DNA from: Octopus bimaculoides
Taxonomy: Eukaryota
DNA: 64,000 nt
Direction of reading: 5' to 3'
Assembly: GCF_001194135.2 (NCBI RefSeq)
Contig: NC_068986.1
Span: 1,353,772-1,417,771 of the forward strand
The notes beneath the pieces are model-generated. The model did no database searches. It worked only from the letters and a program-made list of their open reading frames with translations, and had not been told where the DNA came from. This document shows positions 41,191 through 52,330 of the stretch, one piece after another. The position numbers and the translations under genes were made by a program. The number at the start of each line of letters is the position of its first letter. Within the stretch, counting starts at the first letter, position 1.

Positions 41191-43299
41191 ATCAGAAGGA
41201 TCAGTGTTAACACTTCTGCTGTGGGGTATGGGTCTTCTTGAGTACAGCCAGGCATCAGGTATCTCAGTGCTTTGTCATCTTGCCTGAAACGTTCAGCTTC
41301 CTGAGGTCATGCTTCAGGTACTTCATCCCATGTCTTCTTGGCCATACCTCCTCATACGAATACATATATATATATATGTATTTGTGGTTATAATACATAC
41401 CTCATATATTTATAGTAAATACAATATTTGAAGTAAATTCAAGTATCTTAATTTTCTCATAAAAATTGTTGCTGCTTTGGTGGCCCAGTTGGTAAGGGTG
41501 CTTAAAAGTAGTAACAAGACACTAGCAGAGGTTTCTAATCTCTGCCAGGAATTACAGTGGGGTCTTATTAAACATTTTCATTTTTTATCTCTGGAGATAA
41601 AAAAAAAAAATGAAAAATTTTAGTAAGACCCCTTAATGCAGGCCCTGGGTAGGATTGAACCCTGCCCAGGATGTTCAATGTGTCGGACTAATTATGTCTC
41701 TACCCACGAGACCACCAAGACACCCAACATTAATGTAGTAAATTAAGAGATATTTAAATCTATCATAACAAAAGATAAAAAACAAAAACTCTCTCATCAC
41801 AGCTGTAGCTCAGTAATTAATCCCAAATTGGGGACCTGTTTAGATGCCTTTGTAGGTAAGGACATTGATTAGTAAGTAGGGATTTAATGCACTGGGAGAA
41901 GGTTTCAATCTGTACCTCTCCCAAGGAATTACAAGAGCAGTGGAGTGCAGGGAGTAAATACATTATTTTTTTTTAAATTTCAAATTTTGTCTTGTTATTG
42001 TATTTATTCTTCCTGTTTCTCCTCTACTAGATCCTTAACTTCTTTACCCAATGCAATCTCTCTCAGAATTTATTTTCTGGAATTCACTTCCAGTGACAGA
42101 TGTTTGCTGCAGACATTCAAAGTGAACAGCAGTTACATCATTCTCATCAGATTTGGAAGACCTTCATAAATTATCATCATCATCTTTTAACATCCACTTT
42201 TCCATGCTTGCATGGATTGGAGAGAATTTGTTAATGCAGATTTTCTACAGCTGGATGCCTATCCTATCACCAACCCTCACCTATTTTCAAGTAAGATAAT
42301 ATTTACCATGAAACACATGTTTTTACAGAAGACTGGAAATAACGGATACTGCTTGCATGATGGTGACATTTGTTTTACAACTCTCATGTGAAGTCAAGGA
42401 GATACACACAAATACCACAATAGGCCTCTTTCAGTTTCTGTCTATCAAGTCCACTTACGGGCTTTTGTCAGCTTGGAGCCATAGTAGAATACATTTGCCC
42501 AAGGTGCCATTTGGTGGGACTGAACTTAAGACATTGTGGTTGGGAAGCAAACATCTTACAATATCTGCACCTGCAAATTATATATAAAAAGAAAACATGA
42601 GCAGTAGTAGAGAGATGTTTTGCATTTCTTTTTTCAGACCTATCTAGCATCATTCAGCAGAGAGAGAGAAGTGAGTCACAAGAGAATTTTTTGCTTTTAT
42701 GATGCAAAAGAGTTTATCCATGTTGTCAGGAAAAGTAAGGGGGGGGGGAGAGGGATAACATAAACGGATGGACTTCCAGAAATTGGGAATACTATACAAT
42801 ATCATGCAATATACTGGAGTCTGTATTGAGCAAAACAAACCTAGTTTATGAAGTTGATTAATTTGCATACATTGTGTTAAAAAACAGTTTTGTTCTTTAC
42901 TGTTTTTTTATGTAGATTCATAAAGATTAAACAAATTCTGCTTTAGAATTGCATTAATTTGTACCTATGTCTCTACAATAAAACCATGATCTTTACTTTT
43001 CTTTGTTTAATTTTTCATCCTATTGTATGCACAGTATGACTTATTTTAAGAATTTCAAGCAGATTAATAAATATTTAACAGACCCTGCTTTAGAAATGCA
43101 TTAATTCAAATCCATCATGTAAAATTTAGCTGCTTACTTTTCATAGTTTATTTTATATTTTAAGTATATATTTAGGCTGTTTTCAGAAAACTGGAAAATC
43201 CAGTCCACTTCTGGTCACAAATTTGCTGGATATTTTGGTGTGGCTTTGTACAATGGTTGTGATGAAGACAATAAGACTCAATAAAAAATTCATAAATAC

Positions 43300-43305
43300 T
43301 TTATT
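43300..43305 (-). promoter_or_regulatory. Candidate poly(A) signal of MRPS18A
   Basis: AATAAA on - strand, 15 nt after the stop codon. Confidence 0.55.
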
Positions 43306-43319
43306 ACAAGAGAAAAAAA

Positions 43320-43432
43320 TTAATGTTTCTTCAGAGGTTTTTCATAATGTACGTTGTATTTCAGATATTTATATGGAGGTTTATAGTTTGGTTTTCCATC
43401 TGGTCCGGGGGGAGCCAAGCTTCGAAGCAAAC
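43320..43432 (-). CDS. MRPS18A: MRPS18A exon 5 (terminal): (G)LLRSLAPPGPDGKPNYKPPYKYLKYNVHYEKPLKKH*
   Basis: Acceptor tttcatttctacag|, phase 1 completes RAG-LL; TAA at 43322-43320. Total CDS 504 nt = 167 aa. Confidence 0.85.
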
Positions 43433-44722
43433 CTGTAGAAATGAAACAGTGATTTGAAATGATGAAATTTTATAATTTCAGAACAGACAGTAATCTCTTA
43501 AGAAATGTTTACAAATGAAATATATATATATGCAAGCAATTAATTTTGTAACTGAACGAATTTGAATAGATAAACTGGTGTAATAGTGAAGCAGAAACCC
43601 GTGTCCATAGCTCTCCTCTTGGTTTATATAAATAAATACATACATAAAAGACTGGTCTTTTATTTATTGGCATGTCAATTTCAGAGAAATTCTTGAGTCT
43701 TGAGACTGCCTCACCTTCTCATTTGGAGTTGGTCACAATTGCCACCAGGAGTTTGTTTATCTTCTCTCAAAGTGAAAATAATTTCAATCTCTTTGTATTT
43801 GTTCAACACATGCATTTCATCATTGTGGATGTTTGGAATCCTGCATAAGCATTGGATGCTTAACCACAATGGATCATTAGTGAATACACTATTGCACCCA
43901 AAAAGATGAATGGTAAAGTCAATCTCTGCTGAATTTGAACTCAGAATGTAGCGGCAGACGAAATACCACTAAGCATTTCGCCTGGCATGGTAATGTTTCT
44001 GCCAGCTCGCTGCCTTATCACAGGCTCCAACCTGTTCTGGCAAGGTTTCTACAGCTGGATGACCTTCCTAATGCCAACCACTCTGAGAGTGTAGTGGGTG
44101 CTTTTACGTGCCACCGGCACAGGGTCCAGTTAGGCAGCACTAGCATCTATATATATATATATATATATACTTTTATTGTTTTCATTTACTTGTCTCAGTC
44201 AATTGACTGTGTCCATGCTGGAGCACTGCCTTTTAGTTGAAGAAACCCGACCCCTGGACTTATTTTTTGTAAGCCTGGNNNNNNNNNNNNNNNNNNNNNN
44301 NNNNNNNNNNNNNNNNNNNNNNNNNNNNNNNNNNNNNNNNNNNNNNNNNNNNNNNNNNNNNNNNNNNNNNNNNNNNNNNNNNNNNNNNNNNNNNNNNNNN
44401 NNNNNNNNNNNNNNNNNNNNNNNNNNNNNNNNNNNNNNNNNNNNNNNNNNNNNNNNNNNNNNNNNNNNNNNNNNNNNNNNNNNNNNNNNNNNNNNNNNNN
44501 NNNNNNNNNNNNNNNNNNNNNNNNNNNNNNNNNNNNNNNNNNNNNNNNNNNNNNNNNNNNNNNNNNNNNNNNNNNNNNNNNNNNNNNNNNNNATCCACTC
44601 ACAAGGCTTTGGTTGGCCTGTGGCTATAGCAGAAGACACTTGCCCAAGGTGCCACACAGTGGGACTGAACTCGGTACCATGTGGTTGGGAAGCAAGCTTC
44701 TTACCACACAACCATGCCTGTG

Positions 44723-44761
<39 letters not shown>

Positions 44762-45217
44762 TTCGTCTGTAAAATAGTTGTCATTAGCAAGGACATCCAA
44801 CTGTACAAACCATGCCAAACAGACTTTGCCAGTGCTGGTGCCACATAAAAAGTGCCCAGTCCACTCTGTAAAGTGGTTGATATTAAGAAAGGCATCAAGC
44901 TGCAAAACCCGTGCCAAAACAGACAGTGGAGTTCGGTGCAGTCCTCTGGCTTACCAGCACCTGCCAAACTGTCCAACTCATGGCCACCACAGAAGACAAA
45001 CATCAAATGATGATCTATATAAAGAATTTTAATTTCTAAGAAGTACTCTGGTTTCCAGTTTACAAACTGGTAGATTTAAAGTGTTCCCTAATGATCTGTT
45101 GTGGTAAAGAATTCAATTGCACTTAGAACATCCAGTGCTGTCATTCCAAACAATCACAATGGTGAAACATACATAGAAACTAATGACATAAACTTGGGTA
45201 TAATTCTCATACATATA

Positions 45218-45443
45218 CAAGGTTGGCCAAAAGTCACTCGACAGTAAATCAAAATCCCATAAATACTTAATATTCGATTTTATTTATTCATTCCAATTAT
45301 GAATGCTGTGAGTTAAAATCACCATTTTTTTCTTTCAACATTTGTCTATTTATTAGCGAAGTCTCATATAAAATTATTCTTTGTTTTAATCTTGGAATTA
45401 ATTGGGTTCTGATTTACCGTCAGGTGACTTTTGGCCAACCCTG
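45218..45443. mobile_element. Tc1/mariner-type MITE (226 bp)
   Basis: About 45-bp terminal inverted repeats (CAaGGTTGGCCAAAAGTCAC..GAC.GTAAATCA.AA.CC); TA on the left, CA (probably mutated TA) on the right. Confidence 0.8.
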
Positions 45444-45454
45444 CATATATATAC

Positions 45455-45504
<50 letters not shown>

Positions 45505-46091
45505 TTGGTCTGTAAAATGGTTGGCATTAGGAAGGGTATCCAACTGTGAAAACCATGCTAAACAGATCTTACTAGTGTTTGCATAAAACGTGCCCAGTCC
45601 ACTCTGTAAAGTGGTTGGCATGAGGAAGGACATCTAGCCATGAAAGCCATACCAAAACAGACCTCGGTGTTGCTGGTGGCATGTAAAAACCATTGGTGTA
45701 TATATCAAGAATTTTAATTTACAAACTGGTAGATTTATAACAATGGTGTTAGTAGTAACAACCTGCCCAACTCATACCAATAAGGAAAGCAGACATGAAA
45801 TAATGATAAGGTAATAAATAATGATGAAGGTGATAGCAAGAGTGATGTTGATTATTTCTGGTCAAGAAAAGTAGAAGAGACTGAGCAAGTACAGTGATAA
45901 CTAGGGACATGTTCCAGTCTCATCAGACCTCCTCAGTGAAGCACAGTTTTATCAATACTTGCAGGATCTTCGATGACTGAGAAAATTTATAACGATTTTG
46001 AACAAATGAAACGAACAGATGTGATGTGTTATGATATCCAAAGACTAGCATTTTAGCCAAAATCAAGTTCTTCTACCACTATATATATAGT

Positions 46092-46244
46092 TAGGAAGGG
46101 CATCCAGCTGTAGAAACTCTGCCAAATCAGACTGGAGCCTGGTGTTGCCATCCGGTTTCACCAGTCCTCAGTCAAATCGTCCAACCCATGCTAGCATGGA
46201 AAGCGGACGTTAAACGATGATGATGATGATGATGATGATGATGA
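46092..46244 (+). mobile_element. Short RTE-tail-type element (family C), young copy, (GAT)n tail
   Basis: taggaagggcatccagctgtagaaac...catgctagcatggaaagcggacgttaaac(gat)n; nearly identical to 60080-60228. Confidence 0.85.
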
Positions 46245-46801
46245 TATATACACCTTCAATATTTATTTCAGAGTTATCTCCCCTACTCTTCTTCCGAACC
46301 ACAATTGATCATTAAGCAAATGTTTTTCTTCCTTACAATTATTTTAATAAATGAATTCTTTGACTCACTACATTAGGTTTGTTAACATATTTTATATACC
46401 TCAAGCCACCTAGCTGCTAGCAACAAGGCACAAGAGTGTAGTACACAGAGCCTCCTGCTCCAGTCACCAGCTAGGGATTTTACTTTTTTACTTAATACAA
46501 AGCTGATAGCAACTGGCAGCAAATCATTAAGTATGTCAGTCACCATTGTCTTAGATGGACTGAATTATATAGAATAAATATCTGTCAATAGGAGGCATCA
46601 GGTCTGGAATATTAACTGTAATAAAACAAAATTCTGTCCAGGAGGAAATATTATCCTCCCCGGCTTAATGCTACAGAAACTATCATGAGATACCAATCGA
46701 ATGGAAGATTTTAAATGGATTAACTTTAGTTATTTCCAAACAAACCAATGTACCTAGAATGAAGTGGAAAGTATCATTTAGAAGACGAATTTCAACATTA
46801 C

Positions 46802-46925
46802 CTGCTCTGGTTGCAAAGTTGACAAGCATGTTCATGTGTTTGTGTTGGCGATTACATAGCTTGGTCACATGCTGAGGTAACAGTTTACCAAAAGCATCAA
46901 CAAACTGACTAACAATTAGTACATC
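46802..46925 (-). CDS. MRPS18A: MRPS18A exon 4: DVLIVSQFVDAFGKLLPQHVTKLCNRQHKHMNMLVNFATRA(G)
   Basis: Acceptor tttcctctccag|, donor gcag|gtaatg, 124 nt phase 0 to 1; S18-domain core (human [24 protein letters not shown]...AHRAG). Confidence 0.95.
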
Positions 46926-47759
46926 CTGGAGAGGAAAAGAGGAGAGAAGAGGGAGAAAATTTTAGTAATTAAAATGAAGTTGTTTTAGCTATGATTTATT
47001 TTCATCTTTTCAGACAAGAAGTTCAATTCTCAACCACATGAAAAACTGCAGAGCTACAAGTGCTGGACTTTGTGGTAATTTCCCTGTCAACAAATCATCC
47101 ACTGGCATTACACTTTCAACAGTATGTGAAATAAGATATACCTTACTTGGAAAACAGGCAAGGGTTTGTGTCAGGGAAGGCATCCTGCTGTAAAACGATG
47201 CCCCAGTAATATATATTTGTCTAACTCATGCAAGCATGGAAAAATGGAGGTGAAAATAAATGAATTAGAAACTAACAAAGTCAAAACAAAGTATTTAGCT
47301 GAAACACAAATATGGGCCACAGCAGCAGTTCCACGTTGATTTGAATTAATCATGCATTATCTTGAAGCTTCAAGTTTACAATAGTGTGATGGTCTATTTT
47401 TATAATGACATTGTAGAGAAAGTATGAGAGGCCAGATCTGGCCAGTTTGAACATAAAACAGGTAGAATATTTGGGCTGGATACGGTGGGTTTAAATGTTG
47501 CAGGGTTAATATGGGTCTATAACAGTCACAAGGTCACACATTTCAGAGTGAAGATTACAGTTGATTAATTCAACACCTCGTACTAAACTGGTACCTTATA
47601 TTATTGTCCTTTCTTTACTAAGGGCAAAGTTGGGTCCAAAGGAATCAATTAACTATTAAGGTGTTGAAAGAAAAATATATTTTTTTAAATAAATAAAAAT
47701 GAAGGAGCAAAACATGTTGTCTGTGAATTCTTGAATCAAAGAAGTTGATGAAAACTCAC

Positions 47760-47873
47760 AGAGTATTTGACTTTGAGGTTTAGTCGGCACAAGGGACATG
47801 CAGTTGGTTTGCTGAAGTATTTCTCAGGGATGACATTATCCTTTCGAGGTGAGGGGATTCGAACCCCTTCAAT
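47760..47873 (-). CDS. MRPS18A: MRPS18A exon 3: IEGVRIPSPRKDNVIPEKYFSKPTACPLCRLNLKVKYS
   Basis: Acceptor ttgcttcag|, donor tct|gtgagt, 114 nt phase 0/0; CPLCRLNLKVKY matches human CPICRWNLKHKY. Confidence 0.95.
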
Positions 47874-48175
47874 CTGAAGCAAGAAAATAATTCTAAATAT
47901 TATCTTACATGGTAATAACATATTTAGGTATATCATAGGTAAAGATTATATAAAAAAAAAGAAGAAGCAATAAAACACACGTTTTTGGGTTCAGTCCCAC
48001 CAAAGTTCTGGGAGCTCTTTTTGTGACTACAAACCTTTTAAGGCAATGCTCCAGCATGTCCACAGTCAAATGACTGAAACAAGTAAAACAACAAAAGAAT
48101 AATCCATCATAACATTATGACAGATTAAAAACAGAAAATGAAATCAATGAAAGATGTGAATTAAACTAAACTTAC

Positions 48176-48207
48176 AGTTGTCACGTTGCCTTCTGTTTTA
48201 CATACAA
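48176..48207 (-). CDS. MRPS18A: MRPS18A exon 2 (32 nt): (I)VCKTEGNVTT
   Basis: Poly-T acceptor tttcatttacag|, donor act|gtaagt, phase 1 to 0; aligns with human VVETQEGKTTI. Confidence 0.9.
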
Positions 48208-48421
48208 CTGTAAATGAAAAAAAAAAAAAGATCAGTAGAAAAGTTTGACACAAAAAAAAATACCAAAACTTTTTCTATCACAAAAGCTGTTTCAGTAAAA
48301 AACCTTTTACACAGAATTGAGTTTCTTGACATAACTCCAGTCGACTAATTGCCTATGTTTCTTTTTCCTTCAGTAATAGCAGACCAAAGAAGAAATATAT
48401 TATTTAAAAAAATTTTATTAC

Positions 48422-49105
48422 TATCCGGTCATCCCATAATTTCTGTCCGATTTTACTTTTGTTAAAATTGAATGAAACTTAATAGTATTTCAGAATGTCT
48501 AATGGAATTAAAAATTATTTTTATGCNNNNNNNNNNNNNNNNNNNNNNNNNNNNNNNNNNNNNNNNNNNNNNNNNNNNNNNNNNNNNNNNNNNNNNNNNN
48601 NNNNNNNNNNNNNNNNNNNNNNNNNNNNNNNNNNNNNNNNNNNNNNNNNNNNNNNNNNNNNNNNNNNNNNNNNNNNNNNNNNNNNNNNNNNNNNNNNNNN
48701 NNNNNNNNNNNNNNNNNNNNNNNNNNNNNNNNNNNNNNNNNNNNNNNNNNNNNNNNNNNNNNNNNNNNNNNNNNNNNNNNNNNNNNNNNNNNNNNNNNNN
48801 TGATAAGCTCCTTGAGGCATTACTTGAAGAAAATCCTACATTATCAGTTGAGGAATTGGCGATAAAGCTTAGTTCAAACCATACAACTGTTCATCGTCAT
48901 CTTCAACAACTTGGAAAGGTTCCTAAACTTGGAAAATGGGTGCCTCATGGATTGCCCGAAAGCAACCGCAAATCCCGAGTTGACATCAGCTTTTCTCTCC
49001 ATTCTCACAAACTCATTTCACCCTTTTTGGATAGACTTGTGACTAGTGACGAAAAATGGATTTTCTATCGAAATGTTAAACGTCGTAAACAGTGGCTTGG
49101 TAAAA
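48422..49105 (+). mobile_element. Mariner transposon, 5' half (left TIR + transposase fragment across a gap), in MRPS18A intron 1
   Basis: ta-tccggtcatcccataatttctgtccg TIR-like start; HTH region, GKWVPHGL (WVPHEL motif), VTSDEKW (first catalytic D); truncated at about 49105. Confidence 0.9.
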
Positions 49106-49649
49106 GGTCGGCTCAATTAAGACTGACGTGAGGCTAAACAACTGGATTTCTTACAAAAATGTTCAAAAGCTCAGACTTACTACGTTAATTCCCCATCTTT
49201 TTCAAGGATATGAACGGTGTAAATAACTTCAGTGGTAAATAAAAACAGGTTCTCGGACTCCGAAAGAGATTATCTTTAATTTATGGTACTCTGAGTAGTA
49301 TCGACGAAATGAACACATCGCTTGTCGATGCATTTATTTTCTGCCAACGAAATACAGGCGTCTGTTGTTTTATTTCTTACTTTAACAGAAAATTTAACAT
49401 CATTGGTTTTTTTATTGCGAATGAATGAGGGTTATTTTTGTATGCTTTTTAAAACTCATATTCAATAAAAGTGACTGAATTCTAGTGACTCTGATATTTA
49501 TAAATATCAGAGTAAACAAATGCCAACAAAAAAAAAAAAAGAAATGTCTTTGGAACGATTACTCACCAAACACGGGGCATGTGTAGATTTAATTAAACTT
49601 ATACACATAAATCAACAACAGAGATTAAAATAAAAAGAAGAAACCTTAC

Positions 49650-49770
49650 TTTGTTTCAGCTGCAATCGTTTGGAAGAAGAAAAGCTTGCGATCACAGGCA
49701 GAGTTCGACAAATCGAAAGATTTTTCCTTAAAGGGGCTCCGAACAATCGCAAAGTGATTAGGGAAGCCAT
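49650..49770 (-). CDS. MRPS18A: MRPS18A (mL66) exon 1, mitochondrial presequence MASLITLRLFGAPLRKNLSICRTLPVIASFSSSKRLQLKQ
   Basis: ATG at 49770-49768; Arg/Ser/Leu-rich with no acidic residues; donor caaa|gtaagg, phase 1. Confidence 0.88.
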
Positions 49771-49989
49771 TTTAACCTTGATAGTCACACTGCCAAATAG
49801 AGTTGTTTCCCTTATTTTACCGGTGTTATCATTTATGTTGTACCTGCGTAAAAAATTGATTGTCTCCACCTCGTGGAAGGACCCTTTAATAACAGACAAT
49901 GCTGTTGAATCCGCTTAAAGTCTGAATTTATTTCATAAAATACAGTAAAATTTACCGTAAATTTAACAGCTTTGAGCGTTAGCCTAATG

Positions 49990-50593
49990 TGGCACTGTCA
50001 TGGTATTAGCTGTCAGAAGTGAAAGTAGAAAAATCTGACAAGGAACGTTACTGCTGGTTTGAGTTGATTCTTTGGCTACTGACAGCTAATACCATGACTG
50101 GCCGGAGCGAGCTATCTGTCTGTCTCTCTCTCTATCTATCTATCACTCGAAAGTTATTGGAACAAATTTGACACCTATATCCATGCGTTTGAAAACACAC
50201 AGAGTATAAGGGTACTACTAAAGCAGAGTGGTCCCGGTCGCGCGTCCGCGCTAGCTAGTCGTGAGTGGTCCATCCTACTATTTTGAAACTTCAAACTTCA
50301 TTTGTTTTCTATTTTGATAAATTCTCTCTGTTGAAAATTATATTTTTATATTTTAAATAATTTGCAATTTCAGAAAATATATTTTTATATTAAATTTGCG
50401 TTTTCTAATTTGATAAATTCTACGGATACAAACAGAGGTGAACGAGTGATAGATAGATAGATATATAGAGAGAGATAGTGAGATAGACAGACAGCTCCGG
50501 CTAGTCAGTAGCCAAAGAATCAACTCAAGCCAGCAGTAACGTTCCTTGTCAGTTCTACTTTCACTTCTGACAGCTGATACCATGGCAGTGCCA
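49990..50593. repeat. Long inverted repeat (foldback), about 155-bp arms (49990-50149 / 50443-50593) around a ~290-bp spacer
   Basis: Arms align directly, e.g. ctgacaaggaacgttactgctgg(t/c)ttgagttgattctttggctactgac versus its reverse complement. Confidence 0.9.
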
Positions 50594-51100
50594 AGAATGT
50601 TCCTACCATGTAGTTGCTTCAGTTTCACTTCACGGTACAACTTCGAAATTTCTAATTTGCTTTAATCATAATAAAAAGTGAAAGTAAATTGTCTCCCCCC
50701 AAAAAATTGAAAAAAACCGAAAGTGACGAGTGACATACCAAAATTTCATGAAACACTTTTGATGTCCAATGGGTGGGCTTCCTGTGTGGGTCTCATCAAC
50801 ACGATAGCACCAATACTCAGCTACAGAAGAGTGATAGTTGATCACCGAGAAGAAACAACTGAGGCGACAGTGTGGAATGAGGGATGATCTATAACATCGT
50901 ATCTTCATGAGCATGTGTGGCGAAACAAATTTAGAGATCGTATAAAACTATTCACAAATCTTATTTCATACATCAATGACTGTTATAGAAATAATATATT
51001 TCTAAATCTCTCGGAGAGCTTTATACAGTAGTAACACTATAAAGTGGTGGTATGTTGTCAACTTAATGTGACAGTCCCATGAAAGGGAATAGTACTACTG

Positions 51101-51561
51101 CTATTTAGCCCTAGGAAGCACCGCTTCCTGTCGGCTTTGACACATTTCTTGTGTCCTTATGTTTGGCATCAATGTCCATTTCTCTCCCTGTATCATCCTG
51201 ATGGAGGATTTTTCCACCTCCTCTTCTGATACAAAGGTTACCACTATAGACGCATATCTCTTTCCTCTCGTAAAAAACGCTATGCAGTCTCCTCTATGTC
51301 TTTCCAAAATTTCTTCTATTTCTTCTTGCGGTGCGTTTTCAATTCTTCTGTTTTTATTTGAAAATGTTCTGAATATTACCGTCTTCTTTTCCATTTTCAC
51401 TTTTCCTCCTCTGGCAGGTTCAGTTTTATATTTGACCCTTTCTTCTCTACCATAATACTATATTTTTCTATCAGCTCACTTTTGCACTCTACCATCTCTT
51501 GTTTCAGCACACTTGGGTCTAGGGGAACTTGACCTCCAGTAGCTTCTGCATAACTTTTCAT
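51101..51561 (-). mobile_element. LINE ORF1/gag-like relic (frameshifted)
   Basis: MKSYAEAT... then KTVIFRTFSNKNRRI...RGKRYASIVVTF; homologous to the + strand ORF at 51885-52301. Confidence 0.55.
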
Positions 51562-51884
51562 TTTTCTCAATTATTCACTACCACCCAACAATGGTGGTTT
51601 CACACAAAAAAAAATTGGCTAGAGTTCTTCAAAAAACAACATGAGAGATTTAGAAATGTATTATTCCTATTTTCGAAATCAGTGAATGTATTTCACTTGA
51701 CTTATTAATATGTTTAAAGAGGCAGATAGGTATCAATGGCTGGCAAGTCATTTTTGCTACCCTTTGTTATTTGAGTTCATTTCAGTCTGTTCCTTGTTTA
51801 TTTGTGTTATTGTGAAAAATCTTGACTGGATTTGAACTACTGGAATAACTTTTTAAGTTCAGGAATCTGATAAAACAAAGTGGA

Positions 51885-52330
51885 GTGGATTCAAAGTTGT
51901 TGCCACCCCCAAAGACGGTACAGGCCATTAATGCCAAAACAGTTGTATACAAGATATATAACATCAAAGAGAAAAGAATAATGGATGTTAAAAATGAAAC
52001 AGTAGAGAAATGTATAGTGCCAATATGGCATAAAGTTCACTACGTTAGTCGAGGGGCGAGAAGTGCCACTATCGAGGCACAGTTTGAGTCGGCTGGCAAA
52101 GCAAAGAAAGTGTCAACACAAACGTTAAAGAACAACGTGATAATGCTGCTACCCACTTACTTGGGTCGCAGGACCGCAAAAATAACAGTTGATGAAATCT
52201 CAGTAGGGTATGAGGTAATGTGGGTAGCGGCTGCAGTCGTGTTCGACATAGAAGAGATTTCGATTTTGCAAATAAAGAAAAAGGAAGCAATGAACTGGTG
52301 AGGAGAATCATTAGAAATGGTCGTTGAAGC
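51885..52330 (+). mobile_element. LINE ORF1/gag-like relic, paralogous to 51101-51561
   Basis: KTVVYKIYNIKEKRI...RGARSATIEAQF...LLPTYLGRRTAKITV; premature stop. Confidence 0.55.

Noticed and set aside
41640-41730. tRNA gene candidate on -
   Set aside because: A/B boxes and a T-arm are present, but there is no proper acceptor or anticodon stem; SINE head.
49178-49230. Alternative candidate for MRPS18A exon 2 (IIYTVHILEKDGELT, gtaagt donor)
   Set aside because: Ends in phase 2, incompatible with exon 3; the 32-nt exon at 48176-48207 fits phase and homology.
49670-49918. 82-aa + strand ORF
   Set aside because: Antisense shadow of MRPS18A exon 1 and its 5' UTR.
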